A DNA stretch of 63,950 nt, filler included, from an uncultured Methanoregulaceae archaeon (GTDB lineage Archaea > Halobacteriota > Methanomicrobia > Methanomicrobiales > Methanospirillaceae): NCBI GenBank assembly GCA_964530035.1. It is 3 parts of 3 records of this genome, joined end to end, with 100 filler letters (N's around TTAATTAATTAA, not from the genome) between each part and the next. Parts side by side here need not be neighbours in the genome. Positions count along the whole stretch, not along the records: positions 48,861 to 63,950 come from CAZGXZ010000046.1; 2 more parts are not named here. One strand, given 5' to 3'. A program made the position numbers and the translations under genes. Under the pieces are notes generated by a model. It worked only from the letters and a program-made list of their open reading frames with translations, was not told the origin of the DNA and did no database searches. Numbering within the stretch: position 1 is the stretch's first letter; every line of letters starts with the position of its first letter. Shown one piece after another: positions 49,294-57,540 of this stretch.

Positions 49294-49760
49294 TTCCTCT
49301 CCTTCATGTAGGGGACCATCCCGCCTGATGCCAGGATCTGCCGCATCTTCCCCGAAAGTGGGCGGAACGTATACTGTTTTCCATCCAGGGTAATGACGGC
49401 TTTTTCCATGTCGATCACGACCCCGCTCCCTGCAGAACAGGGCAGATCACATTCAATGACGGGAAGCCCAAGGTTGATGGCATTCCTGAAGAATATCCGG
49501 GCCACGGTCGGAGCCACCACGGCCCGTACACCTGCGTCTCTCAGGGCTACGGCCGCCTGTTCACGCGAGGACCCGCAGCCGAAGTTTTTCCCCGCGATAA
49601 TGACCGCCCCGCCGATACGGGTGGCCAGCCCCGGGTCAAGGTCCTCAAAGACGTGCCTGGCCCAGGACGACCGGTCCTTCGTCCTGAGATACCGGCCGGC
49701 GACGATGAGGTCGGTATCGATATCGGCACCGAGGCAGACCGCAGGGCCCCTGATGATCAT
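49290..49760 (-). CDS. aksE: Homoaconitase small subunit
   Basis: DIDTDLIVAGRYLRT (YLRT loop of methanogen homoaconitase), NFGCGSSREQA, RIFFRNAIN. Confidence 0.88.
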   Translation of the reverse strand: MIIRGPAVCLGADIDTDLIVAGRYLRTKDRSSWARHVFEDLDPGLATRIGGAVIIAGKNFGCGSSREQAAVALRDAGVRAVVAPTVARIFFRNAINLGLPVIECDLPCSAGSGVVIDMEKAVITLDGKQYTFRPLSGKMRQILASGGMVPYMKERK

Positions 49761-50968
49761 CCTGCTCCCTCCGGAGATGTTATTTCGCCACGGATGGCGC
49801 TTGCGGCCGCCGTCCCGACAGAGGCGAGATAGATCTCCCCGCCTATCCCCATCCGGTTCTTGAAGTTCCTGTTCGCGGTCGAGAGGCAGACCTCGCCTTC
49901 GCCCAGGACCCCGGAATGGACTCCGAGGCATGGCCCGCAGCCTGGTGGTGCGACCATGCAGCCCGCGGCGATGATGTCCGCGATGTGGCCTGCGGCAAGC
50001 GCCTCAAGATAGACCCGCCTTGACGCAGGGACGACGATAGTCCTGACCGCCACCTTCCTCCCCTTCACGGCCCTGGCGAACCGTGCGATATCCGAGGCCC
50101 TCCCGTTCGTGCAGGTGCCGACAAAGACCTGGTCCAGGGCGATCCCCTCGCACTCCCCGACCGGTTTGATGGTATCCACCCGTGGCGGAATGGCAACCAC
50201 AGGCACTACATCTACGAGGTCGATGGTCGTTTCCGACGCATAGTCTGCTGGTTCCAGACGTTGCTCCCCGGTATGCACTCCATACCCACGGAGGTACTCG
50301 CAGGTCGTCCTGTCGGCGTAACACAGGCCTGCCTTGGCACCGGTTTCCACGGCAAGGTTGCACAGCGTCAGCCGGTCGTCCATGCAGAGATGGGGCATTG
50401 CTCCTCCGACAAATTCAAGCGCCATGTATGACCCTCCGTCCATTCCGAGTTTCGCGACGTAGGTGAGGGCAATATCCTTGGCCTCGGAGGCATTGCTTAA
50501 ACGCCCATCAATACTGACCCGTATTGTCTCCGGTACCCTGAGCCAGGTCTCTCCCGAGGACCAGACCGCTGCGAGGTCGGTCGCGCCGACACCGGTGGCA
50601 AATGCTCCAAAAGCACCGAGGGTACAGGTATGGGAGTCGGCCCCTACGACGACCTCTCCCGGGACAACGAGGCCCTCGGCCATAAACTGGTGGCTGATCC
50701 CGCCCCCGCAGTCGGAAAACCTGATGCCGTGCTCGCCAGCGAACTTCCGGAGGTCTGCATGGAGTTCGGCCGTCGTGCTGTTGTTCGCAGGGACAATATG
50801 GTCGAATATGATTGATATGGTCCTGGGAGCAGCCAGGAACGATCCCATTTCCTTCCAGGAATGGTGGGCGAGGACTCCCGTCCCGTCATGGGCATAGGCA
50901 TGGTCCACGCGGCAGTCGACATAACTCCCGGCATCCGCCCCGAGGATCCGCTCGGCCAGCGTCCCCAT
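49757..50968 (-). CDS. aksD: Homoaconitase large subunit
   Basis: FDHIVP, GADSHTCT, GTCTNGR, GCGPCLG, STANRNFKNRMG; next to aksA and aksE. Confidence 0.87.
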   Translation of the reverse strand: MGTLAERILGADAGSYVDCRVDHAYAHDGTGVLAHHSWKEMGSFLAAPRTISIIFDHIVPANNSTTAELHADLRKFAGEHGIRFSDCGGGISHQFMAEGLVVPGEVVVGADSHTCTLGAFGAFATGVGATDLAAVWSSGETWLRVPETIRVSIDGRLSNASEAKDIALTYVAKLGMDGGSYMALEFVGGAMPHLCMDDRLTLCNLAVETGAKAGLCYADRTTCEYLRGYGVHTGEQRLEPADYASETTIDLVDVVPVVAIPPRVDTIKPVGECEGIALDQVFVGTCTNGRASDIARFARAVKGRKVAVRTIVVPASRRVYLEALAAGHIADIIAAGCMVAPPGCGPCLGVHSGVLGEGEVCLSTANRNFKNRMGIGGEIYLASVGTAAASAIRGEITSPEGAG

Positions 50969-52096
50969 TTACGCTGTCTCCTCCTGGGCTTTCTGTATCA
51001 GGCAGAGGAGGAAGTCCCTGTCCACGCTCCCTTTCTGCTCCCCGCGTTCCTTGACCTTCTCGAGGATCCAGCAGATCTTCTTCTCACTGACCGGGGCCCC
51101 GAGGGACGTGAGGACATGTTCCAGTGCTTTTTTCCCGGTGTGCTTCCCCAGGATGAAGTGCCGTTCCCCGCCGACGAGTTCCGGCGGCACGTACTCGTAG
51201 GTCGACGGGTCTTCGATGATCGCGGCGATATGTATCCCGCTTTCATGCGAAAAGGCATTTTCTCCGACGACCGGCTGGGTCTTACCTACCGGGATGCCGG
51301 AGTAGCGTGACACGATCTGGGATATTTCGTGGAGGTGGGAGAGGTCATACCTGTTGACGCCGCCCTTCAGGCGGAGAGCAACGAGGACCGCCTCGAGGGG
51401 CGCGTTTCCCGCCCGTTCTCCGATGCCGTTGACGGTCGTATGGAGCTGGAACGCACCTGCTTCGGCAGCGGTTATGGTGTTGGCCGCGGCGAACCCGAGG
51501 TCATTATGGCAGTGGGCACAGAGGGGGATACCGACCGACGACACGAGATCGGTCATGATATGGTACATCTCGAGGGGGGTCAGGAACCCCACCGTATCGG
51601 CGAAGCTGACAAGGGATGCCCCCCGTTCCTCACCCTGCCGGTAGACCTCCTTCAGGAACGAGAGGTCAGTCCTTGACGCGTCCTCAGCCGCAAAACGAAC
51701 CGCCATTCCGTGGTCGCGGGCGAACTCGACCATGTCGAGGGCAGACGCCAGGACCTGTTCACGGGGTTTTTTGTACTTGTGACGGATATGGAGGTCGGAC
51801 GTGGCAATGAACAGGCTCACCATGTCGACGTCGCAGTCTATCGCGGTCTCCACGTCCGCTTTTACAGCCCGTGCGAGGCAGCATATCCGGGCGTCCAGGG
51901 AGAGACCGGCGATGCGTTTCACACACATTTTTTCATTCGCCGATACCGCAGGGAACCCGGCCTCGATGACCTCGACACCAATCTGGTCGAGCAGCCGGGC
52001 GATCACCTCCTTCTCCTCGCAGCTGAACGAGACCCCGGGGCTCTGTTCGCCATCGCGGAGGGTTACATCGCAGATCTCAACATTCCACGGTTTCAT
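50969..52096 (-). CDS. aksA: Homocitrate synthase (2-oxoacid chain elongation)
   Basis: DVTLRDGEQ, AEDASRT, HCHNDLG, GERAGN, HESGIH, LGKHTG; short form with no LeuA regulatory domain. Confidence 0.88.
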   Translation of the reverse strand: MKPWNVEICDVTLRDGEQSPGVSFSCEEKEVIARLLDQIGVEVIEAGFPAVSANEKMCVKRIAGLSLDARICCLARAVKADVETAIDCDVDMVSLFIATSDLHIRHKYKKPREQVLASALDMVEFARDHGMAVRFAAEDASRTDLSFLKEVYRQGEERGASLVSFADTVGFLTPLEMYHIMTDLVSSVGIPLCAHCHNDLGFAAANTITAAEAGAFQLHTTVNGIGERAGNAPLEAVLVALRLKGGVNRYDLSHLHEISQIVSRYSGIPVGKTQPVVGENAFSHESGIHIAAIIEDPSTYEYVPPELVGGERHFILGKHTGKKALEHVLTSLGAPVSEKKICWILEKVKERGEQKGSVDRDFLLCLIQKAQEETA

Positions 52097-53345
52097 GGTG
52101 CCTCCCCTCGGGACAACGCCCGGTGACCACGACAGTGACCGGCCGGTCCGGAAGGACGATATACTGACTGAGTTTTCCTTCATCCGTTGCTTCGCACACG
52201 ACAGGCTGTGCGAAATCAAGGTATCTCCCGATGGGTGGTGCCGCCTGACCGCCGGTCATCGCCATGCTCCCGTTATCCATGACCACCGTCAGGAGGGGGA
52301 TCCCTTTCTGATACACGTCGATAAGGCTGACAATCCCTGAATGGAGCATCCCGAAATCACCGATAAGGGCGACGCGGGTCGACCGTGCGGCGACCCCCAC
52401 GGATGATCCAAGGCCGTAGGTGGAGATACCATTCTCCCATGGCGGGTTCATCAGCAGGAGCGAGCAGCCCGCGTCGCACACGGCGACAAGCCCCCGTTCT
52501 GCGAGGAGCCTGAAAACAGTGACAAACGGGCACGCGGCACAGAAGGTCCGCGAGTACCCGCGTGAGGCGGTTGTTTCAGGGGTGCCAGGGCACGGCCCCG
52601 GGAAAAATTCCCGGTGTCCTGCCAGGAACGGCCGCCCTGTTTCATGGATCTCAATGCCCGGCGGGAGCGGCGGCGGCGGGTAGACCGTGACAACACGCAT
52701 CTCCCCGGGGGCTGCCCCGGTACCGGCGGTACCGTCCCCCGGCACGTTGAGGGGCGAGGACGCGGACCACCCGGATGCCCCCTCGAAAAGACAGCGGGCA
52801 GCGGTGCTCCTCCCCGCCATCGTCAGCCCCTTTCCTGCAAGGGAACCCATCCCTTTTTTTCCTGCCAGACGGGCATTTGCCGAATGGGCGAGGAGGACCT
52901 CAGGGGTGACCCTGACGATGGCAACCCGGGAGAACCGTTCCGATGCAAGGAACGCCTCCTCCACCGCCTGCATACAGGTGTCCGGGCCTGGCTCAAGGAC
53001 AGGGACTTCGAGGATCTCGCCGTAATAGCGCGAGTCCTGGGCATTCTGGGAGAATGCAGCCTTTGTATCATCCCCGACGATGACCACCACCCCGCCACGG
53101 AGGCCCTGGACCGTCGCGTGGGCAATGACATCCGAGGCAACGTTCAGGCCCGGGTGTTTCATGATGACGGCCGCCCGTTCCCCGGAAAGGGACTTTCCCA
53201 GGGCGTACTCGACCCCGGTTTTCTCGCTTGTCACCAGTTCCGCCCGGCAGGTGTCCATCAGGCCCGTGACGGGAAAACCCGGCACTCCAAAGGCAACTGC
53301 TCCACACCGTGCTATCCCGATGCCTATCGCTTCCTCGCCGTTCAT
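52077..53345 (-). CDS. Thiamine pyrophosphate-dependent enzyme, shortened IorA-like
   Basis: GVPGFP, MKHPGLN, SQNAQDSR, FCAACP, DAGC, IGDFGMLHSG...DNGSMAMTGGQ; no ferredoxin domain, no iorB nearby. Confidence 0.85.
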   Translation of the reverse strand: MNGEEAIGIGIARCGAVAFGVPGFPVTGLMDTCRAELVTSEKTGVEYALGKSLSGERAAVIMKHPGLNVASDVIAHATVQGLRGGVVVIVGDDTKAAFSQNAQDSRYYGEILEVPVLEPGPDTCMQAVEEAFLASERFSRVAIVRVTPEVLLAHSANARLAGKKGMGSLAGKGLTMAGRSTAARCLFEGASGWSASSPLNVPGDGTAGTGAAPGEMRVVTVYPPPPLPPGIEIHETGRPFLAGHREFFPGPCPGTPETTASRGYSRTFCAACPFVTVFRLLAERGLVAVCDAGCSLLLMNPPWENGISTYGLGSSVGVAARSTRVALIGDFGMLHSGIVSLIDVYQKGIPLLTVVMDNGSMAMTGGQAAPPIGRYLDFAQPVVCEATDEGKLSQYIVLPDRPVTVVVTGRCPEGRHHETVEC

Positions 53346-54310
53346 GAATCCCTCCCCGGCACAAGGTCGCACCCGGTGCATGCCGTGCACATGGTCACGG
53401 CTGCCCGGGGATCAAGACCGGCTGACGAGAGGGCCCTCGTGAGGACGGTGTTGAGGTGCAGCAGACGTCCGGCAGACGGACGTCCGTATCCCGGGATACC
53501 GTCATTCGGCGACAACGGCCTGATCACGGGGATGACGCCCATGCCGGTGAGCATCGCGATGCATTCCTCCATCTCGCCATCGGTCTCCCCAAGTCCGGCT
53601 ATCACATTTGAAAAAACGTGGTTTTTGCCAAAGAGCGGTATTGACTGTTCAAGGGCGTGGAGGACCGCGTCACGGTCCAGCCCGGGACACATCGCTGCAA
53701 ATATGGCAGGGGTGGCGGCTTCGAGGTTCCACTTGACCTCGACGACACCGAGCCCAGCCAGCTTTTGCGGCGTATCTGGTCCGGGAAAGATGGAAACCCC
53801 TATCGGGATGCCAAACGGCAGCAGTTCCCTGACCACTTCAAGAACATAGGCCTCCTCTTCCCCGATTGATCCAAGGATTCCGCTTGTCAGGGAGACAGCG
53901 TCGATGCGGTCATGCACCCGGCGGACCATTTCCTTGATCTCTTCGACTGTTTTCCGCCTCCGGGCCTCCCCGGGAACCCTGCAGTACAGGCACCCCTGCA
54001 CGCAGCCCTCGCTCACGGTGATGAATGCCTGCCTGGGGCAGTGAAACCCGACCTCGAGGATACGTCCCGAAACGATCTCGTCACCGAGGCGGAGTTCTGC
54101 CCTTCCCCCGCCGAGGTGATGTATCTCCACAGCGGCGTTTTCATCGAGTGAAAGCCTGACCCGGTGGCCGTCGCAGCCGAAAAAAACCGATCCCCTGCCA
54201 CCGGCAGACGGCCCGGCCGTGGATGTCCCGAGGTATTCCCCGGCCGGTTCGCCGGTAAGCCTTGCGCCCCCGGCTTCAAGGAGGCGTGCCTTCAGGGTCA
54301 GCCACTGCAT
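53342..54310 (-). CDS. Radical SAM protein (biotin synthase-like fold)
   Basis: CVQGCLYC motif, SLTSG, NLEAA, IAGLGE, extra C-terminal MCTACTGCD. Confidence 0.88.
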   Translation of the reverse strand: MQWLTLKARLLEAGGARLTGEPAGEYLGTSTAGPSAGGRGSVFFGCDGHRVRLSLDENAAVEIHHLGGGRAELRLGDEIVSGRILEVGFHCPRQAFITVSEGCVQGCLYCRVPGEARRRKTVEEIKEMVRRVHDRIDAVSLTSGILGSIGEEEAYVLEVVRELLPFGIPIGVSIFPGPDTPQKLAGLGVVEVKWNLEAATPAIFAAMCPGLDRDAVLHALEQSIPLFGKNHVFSNVIAGLGETDGEMEECIAMLTGMGVIPVIRPLSPNDGIPGYGRPSAGRLLHLNTVLTRALSSAGLDPRAAVTMCTACTGCDLVPGRDS

Positions 54311-55185
54311 AGGAGAAGTGCCTCGTCGAAATGGGTCGCAAACGGTATCGCAGCCACGGCACCGGTGATCCCCCGTCCCTTCAGGACCAGGGTGAGTTCA
54401 GCGAACGGAAGCCCGGAAACTGCTGACGGCTCGACTTCGCCACGTTTGACCGCCCAGCCGAATGGAAGGAGGACTGACGGGTCGAAACCTGAGAATGCCG
54501 CCATGCCGGTCTCTTTCGAGAGCGTATACTGTTCCAGGAGGGCCTTGAACCGCGCGATCAGGTCGCCGGGGCGGTCGGTCGCGAACTCGCAGGCTATCGA
54601 GACGCAGTTCTTGGTCCTGAATGCCACGGGAAAGAGCTGGACGATGGTGTGGGACAGGTATACCGCGTGTTCATCCTCAATGGCACGGCAGATATTGTGG
54701 GCAAGGGTCCAGGTCGCTCCCGCTTCGGGCGTATCGGTGTCGTCCACCCCGATGATCACTCTATTCATGCGGGGGAGGACGATCGTCGAACCGGCCCGCT
54801 TACCCCCCCCGGATGGATCGGCATCGGCTGAAATGACACCCCCGGCGGTCGATCGGGCGGCTGCCGCCCCGACACCCCCGCCACCGAGGCCTTCATACGA
54901 CACCTTAACCTTGTCCTCCGTCACCATGACCTGCGAGATGCCGGCCGGAAACTTCGAGCCCTGGAGGTCCAGGTCGGCTGAACCGGTCCGTATCATGTAC
55001 CGGTTTGATGACCCAACAGTCCGTACACTCTGGACGACCGGGCTGTTCCGGTAGTGCTTTTTCACCCACATCGCACCGCCGATGCAGTCAAAGAACTCCA
55101 CAAGCTCCACGAGTTCCCCTGATTCGTCAGCAAGGGCACAGATCCTGGGGTAGACTATCGTGTAAGGGTCAGAGATGTTCTCCAT
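54298..55185 (-). CDS. mmp11: Methanogenesis marker protein 11
   Basis: DPYTIVYP, EFFDCIGGAMW, GLGGGGVGA, IGVDDTDTPEAGATW, VQLFP...TKNC. Confidence 0.82.
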   Translation of the reverse strand: MENISDPYTIVYPRICALADESGELVELVEFFDCIGGAMWVKKHYRNSPVVQSVRTVGSSNRYMIRTGSADLDLQGSKFPAGISQVMVTEDKVKVSYEGLGGGGVGAAAARSTAGGVISADADPSGGGKRAGSTIVLPRMNRVIIGVDDTDTPEAGATWTLAHNICRAIEDEHAVYLSHTIVQLFPVAFRTKNCVSIACEFATDRPGDLIARFKALLEQYTLSKETGMAAFSGFDPSVLLPFGWAVKRGEVEPSAVSGLPFAELTLVLKGRGITGAVAAIPFATHFDEALLLCSG

Positions 55186-56122
55186 ACAGTCCTGCTGCCT
55201 CGGTGCCGTCATGGGCCCAGAGGAGGGCCCCGAGTGCACCTATTCGGCCTTTTTTCTCGTTCCTATCAACAAATTCCGCCCCTATTTCCGCCGCAGCGGC
55301 CAGGGCCTCCCCGTAGGTGACGATTTCCGTTTTGACGCGTCGCTTGAGGGGGTGGTCAGGAACTGCCAGCCCCCGCATCACCACGATACCCGTATCGCCG
55401 GATACGCTGGCAGACTGGACACCTTCACGGACCGCCTCCACGAGGGGGAGGACGGCTGATGGCCTGGCTGCAAAGGAAAGCACGGTCCCGACGCAGTTTG
55501 TCGTTTTCTTGGGGACGGCAGGGTTCAGCTGGACAAGCCGCATCGACAGAAACTCCGTGCCCGGCACGGTGCATGACTCGGCACAGCGGAGGGCGGTCAC
55601 CCAGGTCGCCCCGGTTTCCTTCGTGTCGGTGTCATCGACCCCGATCGTGACCTTTTCAAAAACTGGGGAGACGATCCTCACCCTGTTTGTCCGTGCCCCT
55701 CCCGTAACGAGGTCCTCTTCCGAGGGGTACTCAGCCCGGATAACTCCCGGCGCCTGCGCGAGGCAGGCTGCCACGCCTACCCCGGCCCCGGCTATTCCCT
55801 TCCAGGTAGTGATCACCTCGTCTCCCCTGATTTCAACGCCTTCAAGCGCCTGGCCCCCGATCTCGGCGTCCGAGGGTCCGAACTGGACGGGATATGTCCC
55901 GATACGGGCTTTCAGCGTGAGGGTCGAGCCTTCAACAGAACAGGCGGTCGTTGCCCCCCCCGCACGTCGCCGGTTCATCGCGTCCCATTCAACCGGGCCC
56001 CTGGCCCGGCACTGCTCGATGATCTCAGCCGTTCCAAGGGCTGGATCGACCATGACAAGGAACTTTTTGGAGAAAAGCTGCCCAAACCTCTCTTTTATCT
56101 CTGCGGGAGTCCTGGTTATCAC
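55169..56122 (-). CDS. Mmp11 paralogue (TiaS-like C-terminal domain)
   Basis: GIAGAGVGVA, IGVDDTDTKETGATW, VQLNPAVPKKTTNC, GRIGALGA. Confidence 0.78.
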   Translation of the reverse strand: MITRTPAEIKERFGQLFSKKFLVMVDPALGTAEIIEQCRARGPVEWDAMNRRRAGGATTACSVEGSTLTLKARIGTYPVQFGPSDAEIGGQALEGVEIRGDEVITTWKGIAGAGVGVAACLAQAPGVIRAEYPSEEDLVTGGARTNRVRIVSPVFEKVTIGVDDTDTKETGATWVTALRCAESCTVPGTEFLSMRLVQLNPAVPKKTTNCVGTVLSFAARPSAVLPLVEAVREGVQSASVSGDTGIVVMRGLAVPDHPLKRRVKTEIVTYGEALAAAAEIGAEFVDRNEKKGRIGALGALLWAHDGTEAAGLYGEHL

Positions 56123-56254
56123 TCGTTGTCACCGAAATTTTCGTTAACAGAATAATCGGCGCCGAAGATATAAATGTCACGGAATGGTGTCAGGGGCAGC
56201 CCCCACCCGGGCCCCTTTCCAGGGCCTCGCAGGACCGGGAAGCGCCTTCCGGCT

Positions 56255-56297
56255 AAAGAAAAGGAATACGGGAGGAAATGCCAGGTGAGCATTTCCT
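56255..56297 (-). terminator. Putative terminator of ftr
   Basis: AGGAAATGC/GCATTTCCT 9-bp inverted repeat (56273-56297) followed on the minus strand by TTCCTTTTCTTT. Confidence 0.5.
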
Positions 56298-56305
56298 GGC
56301 CGGGC

Positions 56306-57193
56306 TTATGAAAACAGGCTGTGTAGTTCTATCTTGAATGGCCCGAGACTTCCGCCGAAGTTGCCGGCAGTGATGAACTTCACACCAGGGACCATGACCG
56401 CTGCACGGATGCCCTCTGCCATCGCATCGGCAACCGACTCTTCGTCGATCCCATCAATGACAATCTCGTATGCCGCTGTCACTCCTGCCGGGATCTTGGA
56501 GTCCGCCACCTTCTCCCTGATCGTGGGGCAGTATTTTTCATTCGTGCTTGCAGGCATGAACTTGTACTTGTTCGAACCTACTTTTGAACCGCTTGCCACG
56601 ATCCCGCCCGGGAAGCTCGTGATGACGCCACAGACCCCGCCAATCGCGTCAACCGCGGCCTGGGCGCCCATGAGGGCAGCCATCTGGTTCTCGCCCATGA
56701 CAAAGAAGTTGCCCCCGGCGACTCCCTTGACAATCCCGAAGTCCTCCTCGCCGACGTATTCTCCTTCCATGATCGGGATGACCCAGCACTTCCGTCCGCC
56801 GACCTCCCTCTGGTACTCGTAGCCGTCGCCGAAGAAGTGCAGCTTGATCGGAATCCGTTCCTCTGCATCGGGAAGTCCGTCAAAGACCGCGGTCGTCGGG
56901 GCGGTCAGGACGCACTCCGCGACCCGCTCCAGGACCTGTTCCTTGACCTTCTTCTTGCTTGCGCAGAAGAGAACGGCACAGCCCGGCCTCCCGTCAGGGG
57001 TCTCGTCCCCGGTGAGCATGCCCTCGATTCCAGCCTCGCACGGGCACCCGATCGCAGACGTTGCAAACCCGGTGGCCTCGAGGGCCGCCTTGTATGCCCA
57101 TTCCTCGGTGACAGCCGTGATAATTACCCTGCATACCCAGGTCGGGAATGCCTCGGCATAGGTATTGTCGATCGTAACTCCGTTGATCTCCAT
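56306..57193 (-). CDS. ftr: Formylmethanofuran:tetrahydromethanopterin formyltransferase
   Basis: MEINGVTIDNTYAEAF, TPDGRPG, LTAPTT, GVAGGNF, SGSKVGS, AGNFGGSLG. Confidence 0.96.
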   Translation of the reverse strand: MEINGVTIDNTYAEAFPTWVCRVIITAVTEEWAYKAALEATGFATSAIGCPCEAGIEGMLTGDETPDGRPGCAVLFCASKKKVKEQVLERVAECVLTAPTTAVFDGLPDAEERIPIKLHFFGDGYEYQREVGGRKCWVIPIMEGEYVGEEDFGIVKGVAGGNFFVMGENQMAALMGAQAAVDAIGGVCGVITSFPGGIVASGSKVGSNKYKFMPASTNEKYCPTIREKVADSKIPAGVTAAYEIVIDGIDEESVADAMAEGIRAAVMVPGVKFITAGNFGGSLGPFKIELHSLFS

Positions 57194-57540
57194 AACCTTC
57201 CTCTTACCATGTAGAATTGCCACGTAGGATACAATAACCTTATGAAATCCCGCCCGGGGGACTATATCCCCTGACACCCGGAGATTCTTATTTCGCAGAA
57301 AAGCTTCTTTTTCACCGATACAAGCGTGTTTCCAGCCACGTCGGAAAAAAAGGGCATCTCTGCCTTAATACATGGATAAACCGCATAATGCTATATGTAA
57401 GGAGCGCACCTAGGCTCCCATTGATAGATCGATACCCATGGCTGCAGAATATGAGTTGTATCAGGGCCAGGGGGGTGCAGGACATGGTACATGTCTCCAT
57501 ACCTTCATCGGGCTTGAGAAAGGAGGGCCCGATGGGATTA

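Noticed and set aside
49290..52096. Annotation as leuA/leuC/leuD
   Set aside because: YLRT loop, no LeuA regulatory domain and methanogen-marker context favour aksA/D/E.
52614..53849. 411-aa plus-strand ORF
   Set aside because: Antisense to the TPP enzyme and radical SAM genes; no motifs.
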